Of a stretch of 64,000 nt of DNA, positions 9,982-18,345 are shown piece after piece. The number at the start of each line of letters is the position of its first letter. Position 1 is the stretch's first letter. Made by a program: the position numbers and the translations under genes. Origin of the DNA: Acidobacteriota bacterium (lineage in GTDB: Bacteria > Acidobacteriota > Vicinamibacteria > Vicinamibacterales > 2-12-FULL-66-21). The notes under the pieces were generated by a model. The model did not search any database, was not told the DNA's origin, and saw nothing but the letters and a program-made list of their open reading frames with translations. Location: positions 6,707-70,706 of the forward strand of contig JBKPTE010000038.1 in assembly GCA_046735335.1 (NCBI GenBank). Reading direction: 5' to 3'.

Positions 9982-10701
9982 CTACTGCCACCCGACCAGC
10001 CTGGCCAATCGATCGAGCAGCTTCGGCTGCGTGCGCGCGAGGCTGGCCTGATCCAGGATCCCGAGGCATTCGGAAATCCCGGACGCCGTTCCAATCCCGA
10101 GCTTCCGCGCGCTGACGATGGTCGTCTCCTCTCCGGGCTCCACGATCAGCAGCGGCTTCGCGCCGGACTGCGCCTTCACTTCGATGCAGTTTCGCGCGCT
10201 GTCGTCCACGTGGTAATCGAGGCGCAGCGCCGCGGCCGCCGCTCCGCGCGATCCCGAAATGACGAGGACGGACGGCATGTCGAACCCCTGCGCGATGAGC
10301 CATCGCTGCGTCTGCCGCTGGACGGTATCGCCGCTCGTCGCCGGGCGCTGCGTGATGAAGAACACTTCCCATCGATGCTGCAGCGCGAGCGCGTGCAGCC
10401 GCGCGACCGCTCCGGTGTCGAGCGGCCTCAACGACGTCCAGAAATCGCTCGTTTCCTCGATGGCCTGCCAGATGAGATCGCGGCGCCGCCGCTGCTCGGA
10501 CGGGCTCTCCACGACCGGCGGCTGCCTGATCGAATTCCCGGTGCGCTCGGCGCGCTCCATCTCTGCCGCCGCTTCTTCCTCGGGATCCCCCGCCCGCGTC
10601 GTCGCGGCGGAGGAGCCGAAGATCCGCTCTTCGTACTCGCGATAGGCGGCAGCGAAGTCGGCCAGCACGCCGTCCATGTCGAAACCAATCCTGAGGGGCA
10701 C
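9982..10701 (-). CDS. HAD-superfamily hydrolase, 5'(3')-nucleotidase-like
   Basis: 239 aa. N-terminal DMDGVLADF motif, with an acidic low-complexity insert. Confidence 0.7.
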   Translation of the reverse strand: MPLRIGFDMDGVLADFAAAYREYEERIFGSSAATTRAGDPEEEAAAEMERAERTGNSIRQPPVVESPSEQRRRRDLIWQAIEETSDFWTSLRPLDTGAVARLHALALQHRWEVFFITQRPATSGDTVQRQTQRWLIAQGFDMPSVLVISGSRGAAAAALRLDYHVDDSARNCIEVKAQSGAKPLLIVEPGEETTIVSARKLGIGTASGISECLGILDQASLARTQPKLLDRLARLVGWQ

Positions 10702-10776
10702 ACCTCAATCGTAGCGGAAGAGATTGCGCGATCAGCGATCACAAATCTGTGCGCGCGAAGTCGTCGCGGAGAGCGA

Positions 10777-11742
10777 CTACTGCGCGAGCGACGCGGGGGC
10801 GGTTGACAAACGAAGCTGTGTCTGATTCTGCAGGAACCAACGGTAGGTCGATTCGATGCCCTCCCGCAGCGACGTACGATGCCGCCACCCGAGCGCATGC
10901 AGCCTCGAGACGTCGAGCAGCTTGCGCGGCGTTCCGTCCGGCTTCGACGTATCGAACGCGAGCGCTGCGTCCGGATACACGACGTCGCGCACGAGCACGG
11001 CGAGGTCGCGGATGCTGAGATCCTCACCCGTGCCGACGTTGATGTGGCGCTCGTCCTCGTAGTGCGCCATGAGGAACACGCACGCGTCCGCCAGGTCGTC
11101 GACGTGCAGGAACTCGCGTTTGGCGGATCCGGTCCCCCAGATCGTGACCTCGCCGCTGCCGGCGATCTTCGCCTCGTGAAACTTGCGGATGAGCGCCGGA
11201 AGCACGTGCGAGCTCGCCAGATCGAAATTGTCGTTCGGGCCGTAGAGGTTCGTCGGCATCGCCGAGATGAAGTTCGACCCGTACTGGCGCCGGTAGGCCT
11301 GGCACAACTTGATCCCTGCGATCTTCGCGATTGCATAGGACTCGTTCGTCGGTTCGAGCGGACCCGTCAGCAACTCCTCCTCGGTCATCGGCTGCGCGCA
11401 GATGCGAGGGTAGATGCACGAACTGCCGAGATACAGCAGCTTGTTCACGCCGTACACGTGCGCCGCGTGCACCACCGTGGCGTGAATGAGCATGTTGTCG
11501 TAGATGAATTCGGCCGGCCTCGTAGCGTTCGCAAGGATGCCGCCCACCGTCCCCGCGACGAGATACACGTAGTCGGGCCGATTGGCGCGGAACCAGTAGT
11601 TCACCGCCGCCTGATCGCGCAGATCGAGCTGTTCGCGCGTGGCGGTCAGGACCTCGACGTTCTCCTGCGCCAGCCGGCGCAGGATAGCGGAACCGACCAG
11701 GCCGCGATGACCCGCCACAAAAAGGCGCGCGCGTGCGCTCAT
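10777..11742 (-). CDS. fcl: GDP-L-fucose synthase
   Basis: 321 aa. Rossmann GHRGLVGSA, catalytic YAIAKIAG, and full-length resemblance to Fcl/WcaG. Its ATG overlaps the upstream stop (ATGA). Confidence 0.92.
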   Translation of the reverse strand: MSARARLFVAGHRGLVGSAILRRLAQENVEVLTATREQLDLRDQAAVNYWFRANRPDYVYLVAGTVGGILANATRPAEFIYDNMLIHATVVHAAHVYGVNKLLYLGSSCIYPRICAQPMTEEELLTGPLEPTNESYAIAKIAGIKLCQAYRRQYGSNFISAMPTNLYGPNDNFDLASSHVLPALIRKFHEAKIAGSGEVTIWGTGSAKREFLHVDDLADACVFLMAHYEDERHINVGTGEDLSIRDLAVLVRDVVYPDAALAFDTSKPDGTPRKLLDVSRLHALGWRHRTSLREGIESTYRWFLQNQTQLRLSTAPASLAQ

Positions 11743-12383
11743 CGCTGAATGGATTCCTTCCTGGTGTAACGGCCCGTCCCGTCCGGGCCCGATTCTATGG
11801 ACGCGAGCTGCGGCCCGTCGTAGGTGAGCCGACGGTCCGGCCGGCCGTCACGATCCTCATCGAAGGACGCGGTTGACACGCCGCCGTTCGCATCGTACGT
11901 CGTCCACGTATCGATGCGCCCGTCGCGGTCGGCATCCTCTTCGCTCCTCACCATCCGGCCGCCCTCGTAGTACTCGCGTCGATCGATGCGGCTCTCGTCG
12001 GCCGCCGTAGACACGTCGACGCGCTCGAGGGATCCATCCTGGCGGGAGAACGCCCACGCATCCGGCTTGTCGCCGCGCTGCCTGGAAAATCCGACCTTCA
12101 CGAGCTTGCCCGCCGCATCATAGTACTCCCACCGATCGATCCGCCCGTCCTCATCGAGGTCGACGCGCGAGCGGAGCGGGCGTCCGCCGTCCATGTCCGT
12201 CCACGTATCGATCGTTCCGTTGCCGTTCCGATCATAGGTCAGGAGCAGCAGCTTGTTCGTCGTCTTGTCGTAGGCTCCCGAGACGCCGTGCGCAGCCGGC
12301 GCGTTCGGGGACCGCGAGCAGGCGGCGGCCAGCAGCATCGCAGCGCCCATCGCCCCAGCCCTCGTGAGGTCAGCTCTTCGCAA
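11739..12383 (-). CDS. lipoprotein with six ~21-aa DxDxDG-type repeats
   Basis: TTG start gives the signal [22 protein letters not shown] (lipobox). Repeated units such as [15 protein letters not shown] and [15 protein letters not shown]. An alternative ATG lies at 12350. Confidence 0.65.
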   Translation of the reverse strand: MRRADLTRAGAMGAAMLLAAACSRSPNAPAAHGVSGAYDKTTNKLLLLTYDRNGNGTIDTWTDMDGGRPLRSRVDLDEDGRIDRWEYYDAAGKLVKVGFSRQRGDKPDAWAFSRQDGSLERVDVSTAADESRIDRREYYEGGRMVRSEEDADRDGRIDTWTTYDANGGVSTASFDEDRDGRPDRRLTYDGPQLASIESGPDGTGRYTRKESIQR

Positions 12384-13734
12384 TCTCGTCGTAGAGATAG
12401 GCGGACGCGATGATCCCGCCGTGGAAGTTTCCGAGATCGAGCTTCTCGTTCGGTGCGTGCGCGTTCTCGTCCGGCAGCCCGACGCCGAACAGCACGGACG
12501 GAAGACCGAGAATCTCCTGGAACGTCGCGACGACCGGAATCGATCCGCCTTCGCGGTTGAACACCGGCTTCTGCCCGAATCCTTTTTCGATCGCGCGTCC
12601 GGCGGCCTGGACGTACTTGTTCTCGAACTCCGTCATCCACGGTTTGCCACCGTGCATGCGCGTGACCTTCACCTCGACGGTCTTCGGCGCCACCTTCCTG
12701 ACGTAATCCTCGAACAGCTTCGCGATCTTGTCCGGATCCTGATCCGGCACGAGCCGCATGCTCACCTTCGCCATCGCGACCGCGGGAATGACCGTCTTCG
12801 CGCCTTCGCCAGTGAAGCCGGACAGGATCCCATTCACTTCGAAAGTCGGCCGCGCCCACACGCGCTCGAGGGTGCTGTAACCGCTCTCGCCGAACAGGCG
12901 AGGCGCGCCCAGCTCTTTCGCATAGCGCTTCTCGTTGAAGGGCAGCCGCTTCCACTGCTCGCGCTCCTCCTCCCGCAGCTCTCTCACATCGTCATAGAAG
13001 CCGGGGATCTTCACGCGACCGCCGCGGTCCTTCATCTGCGCCAGGATGTTGGCGAGCACGAACGCAGGATTGGCGACCGCTCCACCGAACGAGCCCGAGT
13101 GAAGATCGGACTTCGTGCCCCGCAGGTCGATCTGGAAATACGCCAGGCCGCGCAGGCCGTAGCAGATCGAGGGGACCCCGCGGTCGAACATCGGCGAGTC
13201 CGAGATGACGACGACGTCGGCCTTCAGCTCGTCGCGATGATCCTTGACGAAGTTGTCGAGATTCGCCGACCCGACCTCCTCCTCGCCTTCAAGGATGATC
13301 TTGATGTTGACGGGCAGGCGACCGTTCTCCTTCAGGTGCGCTTCGATTGCCTTGAAGTGCATGAACACCTGGCCCTTGTCGTCGGCCGCGCCGCGCGCGT
13401 AGATCTCGCCGTCGCGCACCGTCGCCTCGAACGGCGGCGAGTCCCACAGCTCGATGGGATCGACGGGCTGCACGTCGTAGTGGCCGTAGAAGAGAATCGT
13501 CGGCGCGCCTTCCGCGCCGAGCCAATCGCCGTAGACCACCGGGAAGCCCGGCGTCTCGACCAGGCGGACATTCTGCAGGCCGATGCGACGCATCTCGTCC
13601 GCCGTCCACTCGGCGCACCGCCGCACGTCAGCCCGATGCTCCGGCAGCGCGCTGATGCTCGGGATGGCCAGATAGTGCTTCAGCTCCTCAACGTACCGAT
13701 CGCGGTTGGTATTGATGTAATCGAGTACTGACAT
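12370..13734 (-). CDS. M20 family dipeptidase
   Basis: 454 aa. Motifs FYGHYDVQPV, RGAADDKG, EGEEEVGS. Confidence 0.9.
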   Translation of the reverse strand: MSVLDYINTNRDRYVEELKHYLAIPSISALPEHRADVRRCAEWTADEMRRIGLQNVRLVETPGFPVVYGDWLGAEGAPTILFYGHYDVQPVDPIELWDSPPFEATVRDGEIYARGAADDKGQVFMHFKAIEAHLKENGRLPVNIKIILEGEEEVGSANLDNFVKDHRDELKADVVVISDSPMFDRGVPSICYGLRGLAYFQIDLRGTKSDLHSGSFGGAVANPAFVLANILAQMKDRGGRVKIPGFYDDVRELREEEREQWKRLPFNEKRYAKELGAPRLFGESGYSTLERVWARPTFEVNGILSGFTGEGAKTVIPAVAMAKVSMRLVPDQDPDKIAKLFEDYVRKVAPKTVEVKVTRMHGGKPWMTEFENKYVQAAGRAIEKGFGQKPVFNREGGSIPVVATFQEILGLPSVLFGVGLPDENAHAPNEKLDLGNFHGGIIASAYLYDEIAKS

Positions 13735-13738
13735 GAAA

Positions 13739-13904
13739 GGTTCTACGGTTCTCAGGTTCTCAGGTTCTCAGGTTCTACGGTTCTCAGGTTCTAGGTTCTC
13801 AGGTTCTAGGTTCTCAGGTTCTGGTTCTAAGGTTCTCGGATTCCCGGTCTAGGGGAACCCCAGAAGCGGAACCTCAGAACGTAGAACCCGAGAACCTCAG
13901 AACC
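13739..13904. repeat. tandem GGTTCT word array (13 copies, period 6-8) followed by about 5 inverted (A)GAACC copies
   Basis: GGTTCT starts at 13739, 13747, 13755, 13763, 13771, 13779, 13787, 13794, 13802, 13809, 13817, 13823 and 13831. The inverted arm is 13868-13904 and overlaps the last codons of the rhodanese gene. Confidence 0.9.
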
Positions 13905-14736
13905 GTGTCTTCGCAATCGGCAGATCTTCGCGATCTCCCCATTCCTTCCAGGATCCGGTGTAGTTGCGGACGCGCGGATAGCCGAGGAGCCGGAGCGCGA
14001 GATACGCGTGCGCGGCGCGGTAGCCGCCCTGGCAATAGGTGATGACTTCCTTATCGGGCGTCACGCCCGCTGATTCATACATCGCGCGCAGCTCGGAAGC
14101 CGGCTTGAATTCGCCGGCGGGCGTCAGATTGTTCTTCCATTCGATGTGCACGGCGCCCGGGATCGCGCCGCCCCGCTTCGCGCGCGCCATCGCGCCGGAA
14201 TACTCTTCGTCGGTGCGCGTGTCGAGGATGACGGCATCCGATTTGCCCAGGCGGTCTTTCACGTCGCGCCACGTCGCGATCGTCGAAGGCTGCTGGAGGC
14301 CACTCCAGGTGCTGCGCGGCGGCGGCGCCGCATCACGCGTCACGGGGAGGCCGGCACGCGTCCACGCGCCGAAGCCGCCGTCGAGGATCCGCGTATCCGG
14401 GTGGCCGAAGTACTCGAGAAACCAGAACGCACGCGCCGCACGAACGCCGGACTGCTCGTCGTAGACGACCACCGGCGTGTCCGCCGACACCCCGCGTAGG
14501 TTCAGCACGTGGTCGATCATCCACATGAACGCGCGCAGCGGCGCCGGATCGGTGTCGATCAGCGACACGCCCCAGAGATCCACGTGGACCGCGGTGGGAA
14601 TGTGTCCCGACGCGAAATCCTCCGCGGGCCGCAAGTCCAGCACGAGCGGGCGGCGCTCCCCTTCGAGCGCCTTCGCAAGCTCGCCAGCCGTCACGAGCAG
14701 CTGCGGGTTCGCGTAGCCTTTCGCCGATGCGGACAT
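13897..14736 (-). CDS. thiosulfate/3-mercaptopyruvate sulfurtransferase (tandem rhodanese)
   Basis: 279 aa with two rhodanese domains. Active-site loop YCQGGYRAA. Confidence 0.88.
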   Translation of the reverse strand: MSASAKGYANPQLLVTAGELAKALEGERRPLVLDLRPAEDFASGHIPTAVHVDLWGVSLIDTDPAPLRAFMWMIDHVLNLRGVSADTPVVVYDEQSGVRAARAFWFLEYFGHPDTRILDGGFGAWTRAGLPVTRDAAPPPRSTWSGLQQPSTIATWRDVKDRLGKSDAVILDTRTDEEYSGAMARAKRGGAIPGAVHIEWKNNLTPAGEFKPASELRAMYESAGVTPDKEVITYCQGGYRAAHAYLALRLLGYPRVRNYTGSWKEWGDREDLPIAKTRF

Positions 14737-14791
14737 CGCGTCATCGTACTACCGCCACGCCTTGACGCGAAGGTCTTTACGCGGCAAAGTA

Positions 14792-15394
14792 ATGGACGTG
14801 GACGTCTCGCGGGCGCTCGACCAAATCGCCGAGATCCATCAGCAGATCGCCAAGGCGGAAATCTACCGCGGGTATCGCTCGCTGCCGGTCGCCGCGTCTG
14901 CGCTGATTGGAATCGGCGCCGCGGCCGTCCAGCCGCGGGCGGTCGGGCAGGAGCCGCTCCGCTTTGTCGTCTACTGGATGGCCGTCGCCGCGTGCGCCGG
15001 CGCCATCGGCGCGAGCGAGATCGTCTTCAATCACATCGCCCGCGAGGATGAAACCGGTCGGCGACGAACGCGGCAGGTGGTGGGACAGTTCCTTCCCGCA
15101 ATTGCTGCGGGAGCTGCCGTCGGCCTGCCCTTCACGCACGCGTTTCCGTCGGGGGTCGTGCTGCTGCCCGGCATCTGGGCCGTATGCTTCGGCCTCGGCG
15201 TGTTCGCGTCGCGGCCGTACCTGCCCCGCGCATCGGGGTGGATCGCTCTCTATTACCTGATCGCCGGCATCCTGCTCCTGTGGAGCGCGGACGGACCCGG
15301 CGCGCTCAGCGGGTGGCGCGTGGGCGGCACGTTCGGCGCGGGGCAACTCCTGGCGGCCCTCGTGCTCTGGTGGAACCTGGAACGGGAAGTCTGA
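14792..15394 (+). CDS. hypothetical integral membrane protein
   Basis: About 200 aa with 4-5 predicted TM helices. I chose the ATG at 14792 within ORF 14762..15394. Coupled to the following regulator (TGATG). Confidence 0.6.
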   Translation: MDVDVSRALDQIAEIHQQIAKAEIYRGYRSLPVAASALIGIGAAAVQPRAVGQEPLRFVVYWMAVAACAGAIGASEIVFNHIAREDETGRRRTRQVVGQFLPAIAAGAAVGLPFTHAFPSGVVLLPGIWAVCFGLGVFASRPYLPRASGWIALYYLIAGILLLWSADGPGALSGWRVGGTFGAGQLLAALVLWWNLEREV

Positions 15395-15789
15395 TGCCTC
15401 GAAAGCAGAATCGGCAGACGGAGCCCGGGCGCTTTGCCTACGAGGGGCTCGATCGCGTGCTCCACGAGAAGGCGCGGCTGGGCATCATGACGTCGCTCGT
15501 CGCGCGGCCCGAAGGGCTGCTCTTCACGGAGTTGAAGCGGCTGTGCGCGTTGACGGACGGAAATCTCAGCCGCCACATCGACGTCCTGCAGGATGCGGGC
15601 CTCGTGCACGCGTGGCGTGGAAGCGAAGGGGGCCGGCCGCAGACGCTCTATCGGCTCACGACCGAAGGCCGCGCGCGCTTCGTCGCGTATCTGGAAGAAC
15701 TCGAACAAGTGGTCCGCGATGCGCTCCCGAAGGCCGCCAGGCGCCCCGAGCGCATCCCCGACCTGCCCCCCGGCTTCCAGCCCGCGTGA
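15394..15789 (+). CDS. winged-helix transcriptional regulator (ArsR/MarR-like)
   Basis: 131 aa. The ATG overlaps the upstream stop by 1 nt. wHTH segment FTELKRLCALTDGNLSRHIDVLQDAGLV. Confidence 0.75.
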   Translation: MPRKQNRQTEPGRFAYEGLDRVLHEKARLGIMTSLVARPEGLLFTELKRLCALTDGNLSRHIDVLQDAGLVHAWRGSEGGRPQTLYRLTTEGRARFVAYLEELEQVVRDALPKAARRPERIPDLPPGFQPA

Positions 15790-15791
15790 CG

Positions 15792-16005
15792 CCACGGAAC
15801 ACACGGACTCCGGGAGCCACGGAACCCACGGAATACACGGATCCGGGGAGCCACGGAGCACACGGAATACACGATCCGGGGAGCCACGGAACACACGGAA
15901 CACACGGAGCCACGGGAGCCACCGAATACACGGATGAGGGGAGCCACGGAACACACGGAAGACACGGATCACGGGGAGCCACCGAATACACGGAAGACAC
16001 AGAAT
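15792..16005. repeat. unidirectional tandem array of 8-nt words built on CACGGA (about 15 exact cores, about 26 slots)
   Basis: Reads ccACGGAAcaCACGGActcc...; a higher-order unit of about 34 bp (GGGGAGCCACGGAACACACGGAAnACACGGAT) recurs. A period of 8 is incompatible with coding. Confidence 0.9.
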
Positions 16006-16024
16006 CGTCGGCGAGAATGAAGGG

Positions 16025-16231
16025 ATGGTTCTCATCTTCGGCAAAGACACCTGCCCTTACACGCAGGCGGCGCGCGATGATTTCGCGGCGCGCAGCATTC
16101 CGTTCGAATACATCAACGTCAAGAAGGATCCCGAGGAGCTGACGCGCATGCTGCGCTACAGCAACGGCCGCCGCTCGGTGCCGGTGATCGTAGACGGCGA
16201 GTCGGTGAGGATCGGCTTCGGCGGGACCTGA
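16025..16231 (+). CDS. glutaredoxin/NrdH-like small redox protein (possible Sec-x-x-stop extension to 16240)
   Basis: 68 aa. N-terminal CPYT redox motif and Grx fold signature (SVPVIVDGE). The TGA is followed by 2 codons and then TAG. Confidence 0.8.
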   Translation: MVLIFGKDTCPYTQAARDDFAARSIPFEYINVKKDPEELTRMLRYSNGRRSVPVIVDGESVRIGFGGT

Positions 16232-16236
16232 GGCGT

Positions 16237-16650
16237 CTAGGGTTGGCGCCCGGCGGGCGCCTGCAGCCGCCTCCGCACCTCGTCGGGAATGGGCACGGGG
16301 CGTCCCGCGCGGTAGTCGTACATCACCTGCACCGTCTTCGCCGTCGCGACGGTTCTCTGCTGCTCGTCGACGATTTCGTACTCGTAGTGAAAGCTCGAAC
16401 GCCCCATCGCTCCGAGGCGCAGACGAATCTCCAGCGTCTCACCCTGCAGCGCGGCGCGTTTGTAGTCGCACTCCGCGTGCGCGATGATCACGCTCGGGAT
16501 GGCCTCATCTCCACCTGCCCTGCCGCCAAGCGCGCGCCAGTGCGCGAACCGGGTCTGCTCGAGATACGTAAAATACACGGAGTGATTCACGTGCCCCATC
16601 GGATCGCAGTCGCGGAAGCGCACCTCGAGCCGGTGCACGAAGTCGGCCAT
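16237..16650 (-). CDS. acyl-CoA thioesterase (4HBT/YbgC family)
   Basis: 137 aa. N-terminal motif VRFRDCDPMGHVNHSVYFTY. Confidence 0.88.
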   Translation of the reverse strand: MADFVHRLEVRFRDCDPMGHVNHSVYFTYLEQTRFAHWRALGGRAGGDEAIPSVIIAHAECDYKRAALQGETLEIRLRLGAMGRSSFHYEYEIVDEQQRTVATAKTVQVMYDYRAGRPVPIPDEVRRRLQAPAGRQP

Positions 16651-16662
16651 GGCCCCGCATTG

Positions 16663-16668
16663 TACAAT
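16663..16668 (+). promoter_or_regulatory. -10-like TACAAT placed for a leaderless ThyX-like transcript
   Basis: TACAAT ends 7 nt before GTG 16676. No SD precedes either candidate start. Confidence 0.4.
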
Positions 16669-16675
16669 CGGCCCC

Positions 16676-18304
16676 GTGCCGCCATCCGTTTCGCCTCCTG
16701 AAACCTTTACGGACGCCGAACGCCGGGTGCTCGCGCCCTACTTCACGAATCTCGACAGCCACATCTTCGCGCTCCGGAATCTTCCGGAGACGGTCAAGGG
16801 CGCCTTGTTTGCGCGGTACTCACGTTCGGCGAAATCACTTAGGCGGCTCTTCCTCGACGAGTTCGCGGGCAGTGTCACGGAAGACGCGTCGAATGCAGCA
16901 ACGGTCGGCCTCGAGCGCGCCGAGAAGCTGTACTCGCGCGTGTTCAACGAATACGGCGACGATTCCGTCGCGCAGCTCGGCGGCGCGCACATCGCGTGCG
17001 AGTACGTCTCGAACGTGCTGACGAAGGTGCTCGAGTGGGGCCGGTTGATGGCGTACCTCGAGCAGTCGACCCGGTACGTCCCGTACACGGACAGGCTGCA
17101 CGGCCGCTGGCGCTATCACGTCCCGTCGGAGCTGACGGGATCGCTGCGCGATCGCTTCTGCAGAACGATGGACGCGACGTTCGAGACGTACGCGCGCCTG
17201 ATCGATCCGATGCAGCGGTACTTCGCCGCACGATATCCGCGGGGACCCGAGGACTCGGACGCGGTGCACCGGTCCGCGACGCGCGCGAAAGCGCTCGACA
17301 CGCTGCGCGGCATGCTCCCCGCCGCGACACAATCGAACGTCGGGATATTCGGGAGCGGGCAAGGGTTCGAGGCGCTGCTGCTGCGAATGCGCGCACACCC
17401 GCTCGAGGAAGTCCGGGCCTGTGCCGATCAGATGCTGTTCGAGCTTCGACAGGTGATTCCGGCCTTCCTCGCGCGCGTCGATCAGCCCGACCGCGGGGGC
17501 CGATGGACCGCGTATCTCGCGGACGCGCGCGAACGCACGGCCGCAATCGCGCAGCAGCTGACCGCTGACGTCGAGCCCGGCGCGCGCGACGAAGTCACGT
17601 TGACCGATTTCGACCCGGACGGCGAGATCAAGATCGCCGCGGCCGCGCTGTACTCGTCGACATCGCTCCCCGACGATCAGCTCCTCGACCTCGCGCGCAG
17701 CATGACGAGCGATGAACGGGCCGCAGTGCTCCAGGCGTACGTTGGAGATCGATCGAATCGGCGACACAAGCCGGGGCGAGCGTTCGAGCGGACGTCGTAC
17801 CGCTTCGACGTCCTGACCGACTACGGCGCCTTCCGCGATCTGCAGCGGCATCGGCTGCTCACCATCGAATGGCAGCCGCTTTCGACCCGCCGCGGATACG
17901 TCGAACCAGAGGCGATCGAAGACGCCGGCGCGCTCGAGGACTGGTCCCGTGTCATGGATGGCTCGTCGGAGCTGTACGAGGCGATCTCAACGGCAGGTCT
18001 TCGCCACGTCGCGCAGTACGCGGTCTCGATGGCGTTCAGGATTCGCTTCTGCGTGGAGATGAATGCCCGCGAAGCCATGCACATGATCGAGCTGCGAACC
18101 GCGCCGCAGGGACACCCGGCCTATCGGCGCGTGTGCCAGCAGATGCACACGCTCATCGATTCACGCGCCGGCCACCACGGCCTCGCAGCAGCGATGAAGT
18201 TCGCGGATCACTCGGAGGTCGCACTCGAGCGACTGAAAGCCGAACGCGATCTCGAACGCAGGAGGCGGACTGCCAATTCCCAATTGCCCACTCCCAATCC
18301 CTGA
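16676..18304 (+). CDS. ThyX-like FAD-dependent thymidylate synthase family protein, double-length
   Basis: About 540 aa. ThyX-type elements are split over two halves (ALFARYSRS ...; FRDLQRHRLLT; MIELRTAPQGHPAYR). The start is uncertain: ATG 16649 overlaps the divergent thioesterase start, and GTG 16676 fits a leaderless promoter. Confidence 0.7.
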   Translation: MPPSVSPPETFTDAERRVLAPYFTNLDSHIFALRNLPETVKGALFARYSRSAKSLRRLFLDEFAGSVTEDASNAATVGLERAEKLYSRVFNEYGDDSVAQLGGAHIACEYVSNVLTKVLEWGRLMAYLEQSTRYVPYTDRLHGRWRYHVPSELTGSLRDRFCRTMDATFETYARLIDPMQRYFAARYPRGPEDSDAVHRSATRAKALDTLRGMLPAATQSNVGIFGSGQGFEALLLRMRAHPLEEVRACADQMLFELRQVIPAFLARVDQPDRGGRWTAYLADARERTAAIAQQLTADVEPGARDEVTLTDFDPDGEIKIAAAALYSSTSLPDDQLLDLARSMTSDERAAVLQAYVGDRSNRRHKPGRAFERTSYRFDVLTDYGAFRDLQRHRLLTIEWQPLSTRRGYVEPEAIEDAGALEDWSRVMDGSSELYEAISTAGLRHVAQYAVSMAFRIRFCVEMNAREAMHMIELRTAPQGHPAYRRVCQQMHTLIDSRAGHHGLAAAMKFADHSEVALERLKAERDLERRRRTANSQLPTPNP

Positions 18305-18345
18305 CGCGATCCGGGTTGGACCCTGGGAGTTGCGGACTTCGACGT

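Noticed and set aside
15253-16142. ORFs 15253..16050 (-), 15543..16142 (+) and others spanning the CACGGA array.
   Set aside because: Their translations are iterated oligopeptides (…FRVFRGSP…, …THGTHG…) produced by an 8-nt repeat. Because 8 is not a multiple of 3, all three frames alternate, which is a non-coding signature.
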